A stretch of 64,000 bases of DNA from Squalus acanthias (taxonomy: Eukaryota): NCBI GenBank assembly GCA_030390025.1, contig CM059432.1:99202001-99266000 (forward strand), in the 5' to 3' direction. A program made the position numbers and the translations under genes. The notes beneath the pieces are model-generated. The model had not been told where the DNA came from. It made no database searches and saw only the letters and a list, made by a program, of their open reading frames with translations. Below are positions 50,328 through 63,023 of the stretch, in pieces (within the stretch, counting starts at the first letter, position 1; each line of letters opens with the position of its first letter).

Positions 50328-51127
50328 AGCAGTTACCAGGTATTGGAAAGCCTACCAACAAGTTTCAGCACTATGGCTGAAAGTGTGGAGGAGTCTGCTT
50401 CTTACTTGTGTGGTCTTGTCAGCACTGCAGTCTACCTTGGAGAGTGTGGCCACCTCCAAGGACATTGCAGCCGGTCACCAGCCAGTGTCACCAGCCTTTG
50501 CAGCTTTAGAAGACTCTGGGCTCCACCTTGGAGAGACAGGCGTCCACCTTGGACAGATTGATGGACCAAATAAAGAGGCTTTCAAGGGATCACTCATCTT
50601 CTACAGTCCCACAGATCAGTGGAAGTGATGAGCCCCAGCACCACAGGAGTGGCAGTGGCATGATGGGAATGATACATGCTGCCCTCTCTCCAGATGTCAG
50701 CGTGTCCGCTTCTTCGACATCCCCTCAACTAATACCAGCTATGATATCAGCAAGTCAGCTGGGCTGGCCTGCCCCAGCAGCAGTCAAGGTACAGCAGTCT
50801 GCAATCGGGCCCTCACAGGCTTGAGCACCCAGCAGTCACCAGTGACGAGCATCTCAAGGGTCCCAACTTGAGGAACAGCAGCCTTCCATCAACTTTGCTG
50901 AGGCCACTAGGGGAGCATCTTTTTGGAGTAGCAGAGTTCATAAACTTTTTACAAAAAGCACTATTGGTTTGGTGAGAAATGAATGAAAGGCAATTATTAT
51001 GTTTGCCATTAAGGTAATTACCGTTATCAGGATGAAGGGAGTGGTGAAGAATGTAACAAGGTTTGCTAATGCAGAGGGGCTCTGTGTAAGTTTTGAGGGA
51101 AGGAGAATGAGCAGGTCACTGGAATCA

Positions 51128-52270
51128 CTAAGCAATTAACTCATCCTTCATGTCTCTTGCTGCAAGACGTTGAGATGGTCCTCCTTCTTCTGTTGCTTCC
51201 TCGCCTTCACCCAGGTCTTCATCGTCCAATGAGAACTGCTGCAGTTGCTCTGCCTCCTCCAAATACAGGCCTCTCTGTATGGCGAGGTTGCACAGTATGT
51301 AGCACACCACTACGATACAGGAGGCTCCATTGGCTATATTGTAGGGAGCCCCCAGACCTGTTGAGATACCTGAACCTCTGCATCAGCATGCCAATGGTAC
51401 ACTCAATAATGATCTTGGTGGTCCCTTGGCTTTGACAAAACCTGTGGTGGGGTTTCAGAGGAGTGTCATGAGCCATGTCTGTAAGGGGTATCCCTCTCCG
51501 AGCGCCACCCCCACCCCCCCCACCCCAGCATCCATTCTGCCACATTGATGGAAGGGTGGAATATTAAGGATGGTAGACTGTCGCAGGATAGATGCGTCAT
51601 ATGATAGCTACCTGGGACCATGCACAAACTTGCATGACCCTGGTTCTGTGATCAGTTACTACCTGGACATTAACGGAGTGGCAGCCTTTTCACTTTACGA
51701 ATGTAACTGGCTGGAGTCTGGTGCCCTGATGGCAACACGTGTACAGCCAATGACGCCCTGCACGCGGGGGAAGCCAGCCACTGCTGCAAATCTCCGAGAT
51801 CTCTCCTGTTGACTGTTGAGGTCAAAGGGAAAGGTGATGTAATGCTCAGCCCTGGCGAACAGGGCATCAGTGACCTGCTTAATGCAGCTGTGTACTGCCG
51901 ACTCAGAGATACGGGAGATGTCCCCTGTAGTAGACTGGAAGGAGCCAGAGGCAAAGAAGCTAACGACTGTGAAGACTTTGACAGTCACTGGCAAAACATG
52001 ACCCATGGTACAGCAAGCAACACATCCTGTTGCGGGAGGCTGCAGAAGTCTGCAACAGCCTGTCTGGAGAAGCACAGCTTCCTGATGCACTGCTCTTTAG
52101 ATAGATCCAAGAAACTGATTCTTGGCCTCCACACCCTGTATCCTGGGTATGGCCTCCTACCAGCATCTCTCTTCACCTGCTGCCTTCTAATAGGCCCAAC
52201 TACTGCTGGTGCTGGTTGCTGAGGCTGCTGCTCCTCTTCTTCCAAGTGTATCTCCATCCAAATGAAACTA
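51128..52270 (-). pseudogene. Harbinger DDE transposase, degenerate
   Basis: RRPYPGYRVWRPRISFLDLSKEQCIRKLCFS; FFASGSFQSTTGDISRISES; AGFPRVQGVIGCT; IECTIGMLMQRFRYL. Confidence 0.92.
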
Positions 52271-55200
52271 GCAATAATAATTTTAAGCTGATAAAGCTTA
52301 CTGCGGGTGGTAAGGCAAACAAAGTGAGAAAGAAATGATTTGGAAGCTGGAAACTCTCCTAGCAATTCAAATAGCTCAAAAGTTCCTGTGAGACAATTAG
52401 GTGCAGGTGAGTGCCCCTTTAAATACTGTCTCAGTGCTCTCATAGACCAATAGCCCAAGGTTTTACAGGTGGTTTAGGCACAGGGTGGAACCTTCGTGAT
52501 TTTCAATTGAAATGCCGTTGTGTCCTAATTGCATCATAGGATCCTGATTTTAATATAGTCTGCCTGCGGTGAACATCTTGACTGCCTCCGAAGTGTGCAC
52601 AGTTAAAATGGCGGCAGGCGGGAGCCTGTTTGGAATGCAGCAGAAAGTACTCTATCACTATTTTAACCATCCATCCACCCTGTGCTCGTCGGGCGGGCAA
52701 GGTAAAAATCAAGCTGAAGAGTCTGGGAACTTCAGAAAGCTGAGAATAAGAAAAAGACATTTATCCCAACAAGTATGCTTCTTCCACAGATCATCTGCTC
52801 TTTCATGGATTCTGCCACATAAATGTAATTTCTTGAGGGGAAAGTCATGTATAAGTACTTCTTGGCAATCAAGCCAAATTCCAAAATCTCTCTCTGTCCC
52901 TTCATCTTCACTAATTAGCCCTGGCCTGCTGCTCTCCATGTGCAAAGCCCAATTTCAGGAGCCGAGGAACCATTATGTCCTGTGGCATATAGCTATAGGT
53001 GCTTGGTCTTATTCCAGCCACAGATTTCATACTGTACCATTTAGTTACGTAGGGAATGTAATTTTCCAACCACCATTGTTCCCATTCAAGCTTACAATTC
53101 TTATTAAATTCCTCTGTGCGATTATTTAACAAAGAGATTGATAGATTTACTTTAATTGTAAGCGTGACACAACAGCACAGATGTCCGTTTTCCCCATCCA
53201 TTCTAGTCTCACTTATTTCCAGTATTGTTTTCATTGAAATAAATGAAACCTCTTGTGCATCTGAAAAAAATGCTAGCTTTCTCGATTCATTTTATTATGC
53301 TACCAATTGACCTCACTGGGCTTAATTTTTACCTTTGTGTGTGGATGGCAGAAGGGGGGGCGGGCGTGGATTGCGTCGGGAACCCGGAAGTTGGAGAGGC
53401 GCGGTTTGCAGTCTTTTTATTAAATCCACTGCAATTGATTCAGACTTCCGGGTTTCCCGACCAATTAACTGGAGCGGGTACGATGACGTCACAGAGGTCT
53501 CTACTTCAGCTGAACCATTTCAAGGAGCAATGCACAGATGTCACTTGAAGGCTGGTGGAGATGGAAGCTAGGTTGTGAGAGAAAGGCCCGCAGGGACAGT
53601 CTCTTCCCTGCTGATGGGATAAAGAGGCCAGCTGCTCAGATGAAAAACGCATGGCTGAAGAAATGAGCAGCAGTGGTGTTGTTGGCAGGACTTGGATCAA
53701 GTGTCGTAAACGCATTAGCGACCTTGTGAGGTCAGGAAAAGTGAGTACAATGCCACATTGCCCTACATCCTGATGTGTGTGTCACCCAACCCCCTCACTC
53801 TGCCTTCCCAAGTCTACTCCTGCACATCACTCCTCACACCAACCTATCTTGCAGGTGCACCCATCCCTCTCTGTCTATGCACTTACTCACATCCTCATTT
53901 GACCATCCACCACTGACACCCTCATCTTAATGCAATGTAACGCCTCTCCCTCATAGTCAATCTCAACAGATGTTGCCCATCCATCCCTTCCACTCATTCT
54001 ATGACTCTCATTCAAAGGTCTCTTGTTTCCCTCCTTGCAGGAGAAGAGAGCACAGAACACCTAGGAGAGAAACCGGTGGTAGCCCTTCAATCACAACACC
54101 GCTCACTTCAGCAGAGGAGGAGGCCCTGGAGCTGAGCCACATTGCAGAGCTGCTGGCAGTGGGAGATGGAGAGAGTGAGATCTCCCAGTCACCTGGTGAC
54201 AGAATTAAATATCATACAGCCACATGGCATACAACAGTCACTCATGTTGATTTGATGTCAGCATCTAGTGAAATATGATCATGTGCATAATGGTAATTTA
54301 AAACATTCTTATCAGAACAGTTCTAATTCATGTCTTTACAGCCAGAGGAAGAAGAAGACTCCTCAGAGGTGTTTGCGGAGTCTGAGGGTCCACCATCACA
54401 CGACCCATGCATACCAAGTAGCAGTGCAGATACACACACGTCAGTGGATCCAGTAAGAGAGAAAGTAGTGTTGTCACCTGGTATGTAAGGAGAGTGGAGG
54501 AGTCCATCTCCAGCATGACTAGCATGATGTCACAGGCCATGGCTATGATGTGTTCATCCGTGGAAAGGGTGGCCACCTGCATGGAGCATCAAACGCACCA
54601 GTCAAATGAGTGCATGCTTGCTGTGAGCAACAGCTTGCAGGCTCTGATTGCAGCCATATCTAGGATGGATAGAAACCTAGCCTTGGTTGTTTATCACCCC
54701 ACTGATGTGCAGTAAGGTGCTCTCCAGCTCCTTGCTAGCAGGGAAGTGCAGGTGAGCCATGAGAGGGATGATGGTGAGAGGGGACATGGAAGTGGGGGCT
54801 CTGCTCAAAGCACTCCCACTTCTCCCCCATTGCCTCCCCCTCAGTCACAGCTCCACATGCTGCCTTATATCCCGATGGTCGAGTCTGCCCTACACAGGTG
54901 CAGGAGGAGCAGTCTTTGCCAGGACCCTCACAGGCACCAAAACCCAGAGAACATCCGCCAAAAGTGTCTAAACAGTCAGAGCAGGGAAGTGAACAACCTG
55001 CCTCTACCTCTGCTGAAGCCACAGGGGTTGCACGGTGTAGGAATTGTAGGAAGAGAAAGATGACACAATTGTAGATGCACAAGGGTATGCGCATGGGTGT
55101 GTTATAAAATGTTAGATAAAGTTTCTGTTGAATTTTTGAGCCAAATAAAATTATTTCTTTGCACTACTTTCCTGTCTTGTCCATTTTTGCCTGCTGCCTG

Positions 55201-55621
55201 GCAACTGGGCTCGTCAGTTGGAGTGAATGTTAAGACATTACTGAACCTCGAGCAATAGACATAAGGGCCAAGAGTTTCCACTTTGGGCACAATCGGCGAT
55301 CTGGGAACAAATTGTGGTCAAAATTGCACTAGTTTTAAGAAGTGTTATTTTTCGCTTAAGCTTCCGCTCAAATTCATTTGCATAGCGCCAAACTTAAAAT
55401 TTGCCATGAACCAGCACAATCGGGCAGCGTTTTAGAATGTAATAAAAAAAATTGCTCTAACATATTCCATGAGTGGTAACCTGGTGCAGTTATATTGATA
55501 CAGCTGAAAATGGGTTTATCACAAAAAATAAGCACTTTAAAAGTGTGTCTAGTCCACCACCTGTGAGTAACCCAATTGAAAATAACTGAAGGCGACGTTA
55601 AAAAACAATATAGAACCATTT

Positions 55622-55985
55622 GCCCCCCCCACCTTTTTTATCCTCCTAGAAGCTGGCAGCTGTCCTTCATTCTGCCAGTGGATTTCACACTTCTTTCAGC
55701 CTTAATCTGTCACATTTACACCACCTCTAGCCTTGCATATCTCTTAATGTCTCTTAATGTCTCTTCATCTCCCCCTTTGTTCTTTTATCCCCTCCCCCTT
55801 TTCCCAGCTTTACTCTGGCCTTAAATCTATTTGATTTCCGGCTCTTCACAGTTCTGATGAAAGGTCATCGACCTGAAACGTTAACTCTCTTTCTCTCTCC
55901 ACGGATGCTGCCTGGCCTGCTGAGTTTTTCCAGCGTTTTCTGTTGTTATTTCAGATTTCCAGCATCCGCAGTATTTTGCTATCAT
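55622..55985 (+). mobile_element. Penelope-type / retrozyme-like 364-bp insertion with 15-bp TSD
   Basis: TSD AATATAGAACCATTT at 55607-55621 and 55986-56000; contains a hammerhead motif. Confidence 0.82.
55850..55886 (+). ncRNA. Minimal type I hammerhead ribozyme motif
   Basis: AGUU-CUGAUGA-A-AGGUC(AUC)GACCU-GAAA-CGUU^AACU: both core boxes, 5-bp stem II, 4-bp stem I, palindromic ACGU stem III, GUU triplet. Confidence 0.8.
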
Positions 55986-57712
55986 AATATAGAACCATTT
56001 ACTAGTTTCATTGGTGGACAGTAGTCATTTCCTTAATACATTTTTTTTTAATTTAAAAGCTTTTAAAACATGCCTATTAGTGTCCTTTCACTCAAAAGAA
56101 CTAGCTTAATTTTAAGAGCCTCCTCAAAGGCCTGCAAACGGGTGCAATTAGCAGAACCTCGCCATGGTGATTAATTCGATCTGGGGTGTGTGGCCAGTTT
56201 TGTGGGTGGGGCTAGCTTCCAGCGTGATGTATTTTAAACCAGCGTAAAAGATTACGGAAACTCGATTTGCGCTGGACGTAATTTGCGCTTGAAATTCCTC
56301 AATCTTTTGCGCTGGTTTTGCAGATTTTGAGTGAATTGCGCTACCAGCGCAACCTAGCGGAAACTCCAGGCCAAGGACTTCAGGGTCCCAACAATGAGAA
56401 GAAAGGTGCTGGCCTCACCCAAGCAGTTGTACGAGGTACTGGAGGGCCTGCCAATGAGTTTCAACACATGCGGGTGATGTCTCTTGTAGCAGCCAGGTAG
56501 GAGCTTGAGGTTAAAAAGCTCAGGGTGGTGGTGACTTTCACAGCCAATGACAAAGCATGACTCCTTAATCCAACAGGCATCCAGTCCCTCTGCAGGATGC
56601 TGCACAGATCTGCAACTGCCTGCCTGGTGAAGCACAGCCTCCAGATGCATTGCTCCTCTGAGATGTCCAGGAAAGTAACTCTTGGCCTATAGACCCTGTG
56701 GGCCGGGTAAGGGCGTCTATGAGCAGCCTCCTCACCTCCTGTGCTGTAACAGGCTCAGCTACTGCTTGTCCTGGTTGCTGAGGCTGGTGCTGTTGCAGCT
56801 GCTGTTCTATCTCAAACTGTTCATCCATTCAGACTCAAGAAGAAGAATTGGCACCCATGTAAAGCTGAAAGTGTTTAGTCAGGGTGTGCAAAGCAAACAA
56901 ATCAAAAAGAAACAATCTTCAAGCCCTGAAATGCCTCAGAAATGCAGTAATCAGAAACACAGAAAGATCCAATTCATCCAAATGAGTGCAGGTGCATGTC
57001 CCTTTAAATTTTGCGACAGTCATGCCAGTTAGTTGCTGAGGCCAATCCCACGAGGTGTTACCAGCGGATTGGCTGCTGGGCAGGAATTCCATTCCGCCCA
57101 GTTAAAATAGTGTTTGGGTCCCAGTGACGTCATGGGACTCTGATGTAAATATAAGCATCAGGTTTCGGGTGAGTGCATTTCCCAGCAGAGCAAGTTGGTC
57201 CGTATAAATTGGGATCGCTGAGCTCACAGCGGGAATGGAGCGGTAGCGGATTCCCCAAATTTTAACCCGTTCCCGTCGGAACTGCACTTTGTTTCTAGGA
57301 TCAATTGAGAGCTGATTATATCAAAATGCAATAGAGTTAAAGTAAGTTTGCAAATAAAAAGCAGAAAGAATGGCAGACAAAGAAAGGCAAAAGTCCTAAT
57401 TATTCTGAGTACCATATAAAATAAGACTGAGATGTTCCAAGGCTGCTAGTTTGCAGGCTGTAGACAAATTAACAGGTAAAGAAGCAAGATTGATAATGGT
57501 TTGCATATTTCTCTTTCAAATTACTTTCTGAAACATTTAGTTCAATGTGATTTGTCACATATAATCCTGCACAGTTGTGAGAGGGAAAATTAATTATTTG
57601 AGATCAATAAATACAATCTTATACTGTATAATTCACTTTAATAGCACTTTTACGAAAAGCATTGCACATCATGCGAAGAAATTCCATTGACCTGTACTGA
57701 AGAGTTCTCAGT

Positions 57713-58120
57713 GAAAAAGAACTTGCATTTATATAGTGCCTTTCACAATCTCACAATGTCCCAAAGCAGTTTACTGCCAACAAAGTACTTCTGTAACATA
57801 GTCACTGTTTTAATGTAGGAAATGTGGTAGCCAATTTGCACACGTCAAGGTCCCACAAACAGTAATTCGATAGATGATTAGATCATCTCTTTTAGGTGTT
57901 GGTTGAGGGATAAACGTTGGCCAGGACGTCAGGGAGAACTCCCCTACTCTTCTTTGAAATAGTGCCATGGAATTTTTTATGTTACCTGAGACAGCAGTTT
58001 AACAACTCATCTGAAAGATGGCACCTCCAATAGTGCAGCACTACCTCAGTACTGCACTGCAATGCCAGCCTAGATTGTATGCTTAAGTCTCTGGAGTGGG
58101 GCTTGAACCCACAACCTTCT
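57713..58120 (-). mobile_element. DeuSINE copy (inverted)
   Basis: Reverse complement of 25140-25567; B-box GGTTCAAGCCC on -. Confidence 0.85.
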
Positions 58121-58329
58121 AAACAATGTTCAATAAACCATGAGCCCTATGAATTCAATGTCTAGGGTAAGATAAGGATGATGATCAATGTATCCAAAAA
58201 ATAATAACAACTTGCAATTTGGTTTACCGGACTCACCTAGAAAAGCTTTGCAGATCAGTTTACAAGAGAAGGAGGAGAATACTGTCCAAGAGACAGGAGG
58301 CTTTCGAAGGAAGCCAGAGAGATAGCAAT

Positions 58330-58980
58330 GTGAAATGGTTTGTAAAGAAGCTTCCAGAAAGCAAATGGGATACTGACTGAAAAAATGGCCTTTGATGCTA
58401 GAGCAGAGGAAGTCAGGGACAAGCAGTAATGTAGAAGAACAGATGGTGTGCGTTGGAACATTCCGCTGGAGGAGATTGCTGAGCTAAGTTGGAAGGAGAC
58501 CATGAAGGGATTTCAAAATATAAATGAGGATGCTGCAGTGCCTGTGCTGGGGGATAAGGATGATCAATATGCTGGACTTTGTAAGAGAAAGAACTCAGGC
58601 TGAAGAGTTCCGGATTAACTGAAGTTTGTGTTGATTCAAAGAGGGGAGGCTAGTGAGGAGAGCATTGGAGAAATTAATCCTATAGTGATGAAAGTATGCA
58701 TCAGGGCTTTGGCGGTGGATGGACAGTGTTTGGGGCATAAGTGAACAATGTTCTAGAAGTTCTAGACTATGGCAGACTTGGTAACCGATTTGATGGGGGG
58801 TAAGAAGGTGAAGTCATAGTCGAGCAGCATAGCACCACATGGTTCACCTTCAGCAGGCAGCTGGAACGTTTGTTGGAGCTGGAACCAGAGTCATGTCATT
58901 ATCAGCATGGACTAAACTGATAGTTTTGGTTTTGCTAAAATTGAGCAAAAGAAATTTCAGCTCATCCAATGCTTAATTTC
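58330..58980 (-). mobile_element. Old L2 fragment
   Basis: Similar to 34190-34480 (GACCATGAAGGGATTTC...ATGAGGAT; GAGCATTGGAGAA). Confidence 0.6.
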
Positions 58981-59669
58981 GAACAGGGAACTTATTTCTG
59001 CAAAAACAACTGGATTTGGGTCAGGAAGTGTGTTCTTCCTTCACCCCACATCTTCTACCCATCTGTAGAAATAGTAGTGTCCCAAAACTCTTTTCTACCC
59101 ATCAGTGAATTCCATTTCCAGTCCCAAAATTTAGCCTCAATTCCCAATCCCCTTTGAGCTTAACTAATACTTTTTTGTGTGGAACTTGTCAGATGTTTTT
59201 TCAAGGTCTAAGTGTACCATAATGTAGGGTTTTTCCACAGTTCACTATTTAAAGGGCTGTACCAACCATTGAAAAGGAAGGGTATCTTTTTTGCAGGCAA
59301 GTGATTTTGGAAAGTTCATTTACATTTTGGACTTCCTTTATAGAGCAGTGCCAAAGAAGAGCATCCAAGTTTACGAATGCAATTGTTGAAGTGCTGCTTC
59401 AAGAAGTGGAGAAAGAAAGGTTATCCTGATTGGCACACCAGGGCACCTTCCCCTAGGAGAGCAGTCTACTGTGCCCGGTAGGAAGTGACACAATGTGCCA
59501 ATGCAGTCTTCACCACCCAGAGACACTGGCACCAAATTGCTAAGATTCGCAAAAAGAGGAAGTTTGGCAACGGGTACTTGTTTGGGGAGTTATAGTGGCT
59601 TGAAGTACTGAAAAGTGTTCTCCAGATATCAGTTTTGGGACACTACTATTTCTAATTTACAGCAATGAA

Positions 59670-60233
59670 TTGGATTCAGATGTGTGATACAAATGTCAAA
59701 ACAGCAGAACACAGGTCAAAGGAAATCAAGCTGAAACCATGTGGTGCTCTGGTCAGACTACACCTGTGTTCAGTACTCAAGGTGCGGTCTGACCAGTTCT
59801 TTGGTCATTGCAACACAGGTGAGACAGTCAGTAGTTAGAAGCAGTACAGAGAAGAGCCACAAGTCTAATCTCTAGTATTAGAAATTTGTGTTATGGGAAT
59901 AGATGGAGAAATTTAGGCTTTTAAGCCTTAAACGAAGGTATCAGATGGCTGATTTTATAAAGATATATGATAGTAAATGGTATGGAAAAATTGTGACAGT
60001 GGTTCACAGGATCAAAACTACTAAAAATCAAATTTAGGACTAATATCAGGAAATACTTCTTCACACAAAGAGTGATCAATACATGGAATGGACTGCCATA
60101 TGAAGTAGTGGATGCAAAAACACTGGAATCATGAACAAGCCATTGGAATCAACAGTGAAAAGGTTTTAGGGTCTTTTGATGTACTAAGATGGGCTGAATG
60201 ATCTTATTCACCCGTAATTATCTTGTGATCTTG
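59670..60233 (+). mobile_element. Old CR1 3' fragment
   Basis: LVRLHL, LEAVQRRAT and FFTQRVINTWNGLP motifs; CTTGTGATCTTGTGA tail. Confidence 0.75.
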
Positions 60234-61206
60234 TGAAGCAGTTGCCTCCATGCTGGATATCCTGCCCCCAAATCAGCGAGCTACCTTTGATTGGTTAATC
60301 ACTCGCCAGGAGCTCACCATGAATATCTAATGAGGGCCAATCTGTGGAAGGTTTGTCACAATCAGCCATGCATTTGTTAGTTGGTGCAATGCCCATGATG
60401 CAACATTTTGAGATCATTGCGCAATATTTACCCAATTATTCTTATCTGAATTGGCCAGCTGCCAGTTCTAATCATTCTTACTTACATAATGTATCATTAT
60501 CAATATAAAAAGATTTTTCAATTCTGACTGTCTCATCAGTGCAGCTACTTCAGTCATCACATAGTGACAGGTGCTAGTCCTTAGTGTATGTAAAGGAAAT
60601 CTCCAGCTTCACTTGCAATGGTAGAAAAATTATAAATATACTATAATGAGGTCAGTCAATGGAAGATTCCTAAATCTGTAGTATCCTCTTCTGTCCTTTA
60701 CATTGTTTTAGCACACTGAAAAACTAATGTAAATCATTTTGGTTTATTCTAGTGATTTGCGACTGGAGATGAACCTAAATTACAAACACCTTCCAATTTG
60801 GGAAAAACACATTTGCCTAGACTTTTATTGCATCTATTGATTTGGCTTGTCATTTCTATTTGAAAGTAGGATCCATTTTGGCAATTGTAAATAACATTGT
60901 GGACACGTACATAAAATGTGCAAAGACATTTCATATATTTGGAGAATTGATTTTGACATTTTTTTAAAAAACAATCAAAATAATTTTGCTGGCTCAAATA
61001 AATATAAGATACATAGACTTGATGGGTCTAATGTCCTGTTTCCACACTGTAACATTCCATGATTCTAAGACAGCAGACTTGAGCTAGATAATAAATATAC
61101 TTGAACAGTTCTGCAGAAGCTTTCAGCAGTGTTTTCAATAGCAAGTGAGTGGAGTCTCAGAGAATTTCTGTTCATTTTTTTGACAGCAATTGCCAAGCAG
61201 ATCTGT

Positions 61207-61878
61207 GGGGGAAAAATTCGGTTGCTTTGCACCTCCTGTTAGCGCCCCAAGGGGGCGCAAACGGGCGTGGTGCCGCTGACGCCTCCCGCGAAATTCAGTG
61301 GGAGATTAGCAGCGCGGTAGCAGCGCCCCGCTCTCGCCCCAGCCGCAAACTTGGCTCGTGCCCCCTGACCTAGCGCCGGACGCTATGTCTTCCAGGGTCA
61401 GGGTGGCGTTTTTGCGGCCGGAGTGGCGATTATTATAGGGCAGGTGTCGGGCGGCCATCTGCCAGCACCTGCCCCCTCTCGCCTCCTGCTGCGGGGTGCC
61501 AGCCATGATCGCTCAGCCTGGTATTCCTCTTGAGTGACGGGCTCTTTTGCCGGCACCCCGCTCCTCGGTGGTCCAGCAGGGCCCCAGTGGGATCTGCGCT
61601 AGGCCCCTCCCCTTTAATCAGGGGAGGAGGCCTGCAGTACCGCAGCGCTGCAGTACCATGGTGCTACTGGTGCATGTGGCGCTGCTGCACGTATCACCGT
61701 GATATTGAATGGGAGCTCCTCAAGAGGGAGGGGGAGAGCTTCCAGTAGCGCCCCGCCTCCTGCTTGGGGCGCTATCATTGAATTTTTGGCGCGGGGGCAC
61801 TAACATTTTCGGGGTGCTAAAAGTAGTGCTCCAACAAAGCTATTGCCTCAAAGGGGCGCGAGCCAATTCCCCCCCCCC
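61207..61878. mobile_element. Harbinger MITE, GC/CpG-rich
   Basis: GGGGGAAAAATT...AATTCCCCCCCCCC; TSD TGT/TGT. Confidence 0.88.
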
Positions 61879-62874
61879 TGTTTTCTTATCTCTCCTGCTG
61901 CTGAGTGGGGTCCTGCTTTTGAAATATATGGATTGGAAGTTAGAGCTCCAGGTGGAAGAAAGGAGATTGAACATGGCACTTCACAGATTTCTTTCCCCTT
62001 ATGAAAGTGGACTAGGAAGAGAATTTACTGATACCTGGACGATTTCCCCCAGGTGTGCAAACATAATACAAATCCTATCAGTGTATGAAAATACCAGGGG
62101 ACAAGTAACCCATAGTTACCGGGAATGTTAGAGGGTCAAATTCATTCTTTGCAGGTTGAGGAAATCAATAGTGCAGCAGGCAAGAATCCTGACTTGTTTT
62201 TTGGTCGTCTCTCTTCAAATACTATGATGTTTGGAACACTGACTGCAAATCACAAACCATGTCACTACAAAAACCAACACAGTAGAGATCACACGAAATA
62301 TAGAGTTACGTTCTTCCATTTACATCAAAGCACCAATTTTAATTCAGTGTTTTTCTCAAATATGTCAGTTTAGGTTTACTTCAGTATTTTGCTAAGGAAT
62401 GTTTTGAGGGTAAGGCTATTCACTTAATGCTTGTCTGGATTGATGTTGAGCAAACTCTTGTCAAGCCATAAATTTGGATCTACTCAGCTGTCTGTTTATC
62501 TTTATCATTATGCATGTTTATGAATTTATTTGCCATTTCATTCTTGCCTTGAGTACTTTAGTGCTATATTTCCACACAGCATTTAAGATAAGAAAAAGAT
62601 AGAACCTCTATTCATCATATATAATTTGTACCTAGAATGTACCAAGAAACTTTCTTTGAACATATGGGGCAAATGTTCCTCTTTAGCTCTTGGACATAAA
62701 GTATCACATGGGTGGGGCACATAGAGGAAAATGAGTTGCTGGGGGGATTGTGCACCTAGCATCCAGGCTGCCTGATTTTCCAACCATTCATTTAATTGGG
62801 CAGATAAATGAGTGCTTCATTCTGGACATATGATCCTCCATGCACGATGTTCCTATATGCGCTCCAGCAATGTG

Positions 62875-63023
62875 GGGGTAGACATTCGTCTTGGGTGGTA
62901 GTAGCGCAAAACAGGCATTATCACATCGGTCACCTGTTATACGCGTCACTCAATATTCAGTTCCAATGGCGGCCAAGACAATATCACCCGTTTTACACTA
63001 CTATGCAAGACATATTTCAACCC
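62875..63023. mobile_element. Palindromic Harbinger-type MITE
   Basis: GGGGTAGACATTCGTCTTG...CAAGACATATTTCAACCC; internal inverted arms; resembles 47741-47892 and 50008-50135. Confidence 0.7.

Larger units (their letters stand above)
50008..52716. mobile_element. MITE half (50008-~50135) joined to degenerate Harbinger (Myb 3' part on +, transposase on -)
   Basis: Myb C-terminal remnant ~50140-50940; right end GGTAAAAATCAAGC. Confidence 0.82.
55266..56372. mobile_element. Harbinger MITE nested in the Harbinger above
   Basis: TIR GGCCAAGAGTTTCC...GGAAACTCCAGGCC; TSD AAG/AAG. Confidence 0.85.
53318..57280. mobile_element. Degenerate Harbinger (Myb on +, transposase N-terminal half on - at 56373-56858)
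   Basis: Left TIR GGGCTTAATTTTTACC; Myb exon remnants ~53560-53740 (RTWIKCRKRISDL|gtgagt), 54041-54194 and ~54342-55060. Confidence 0.88.

Noticed and set aside
52911..53234. ORF with WEQWWLENYIPYV resembling a Tigger DDE segment
   Set aside because: Similarity too short; no downstream DN..H motif or TIRs
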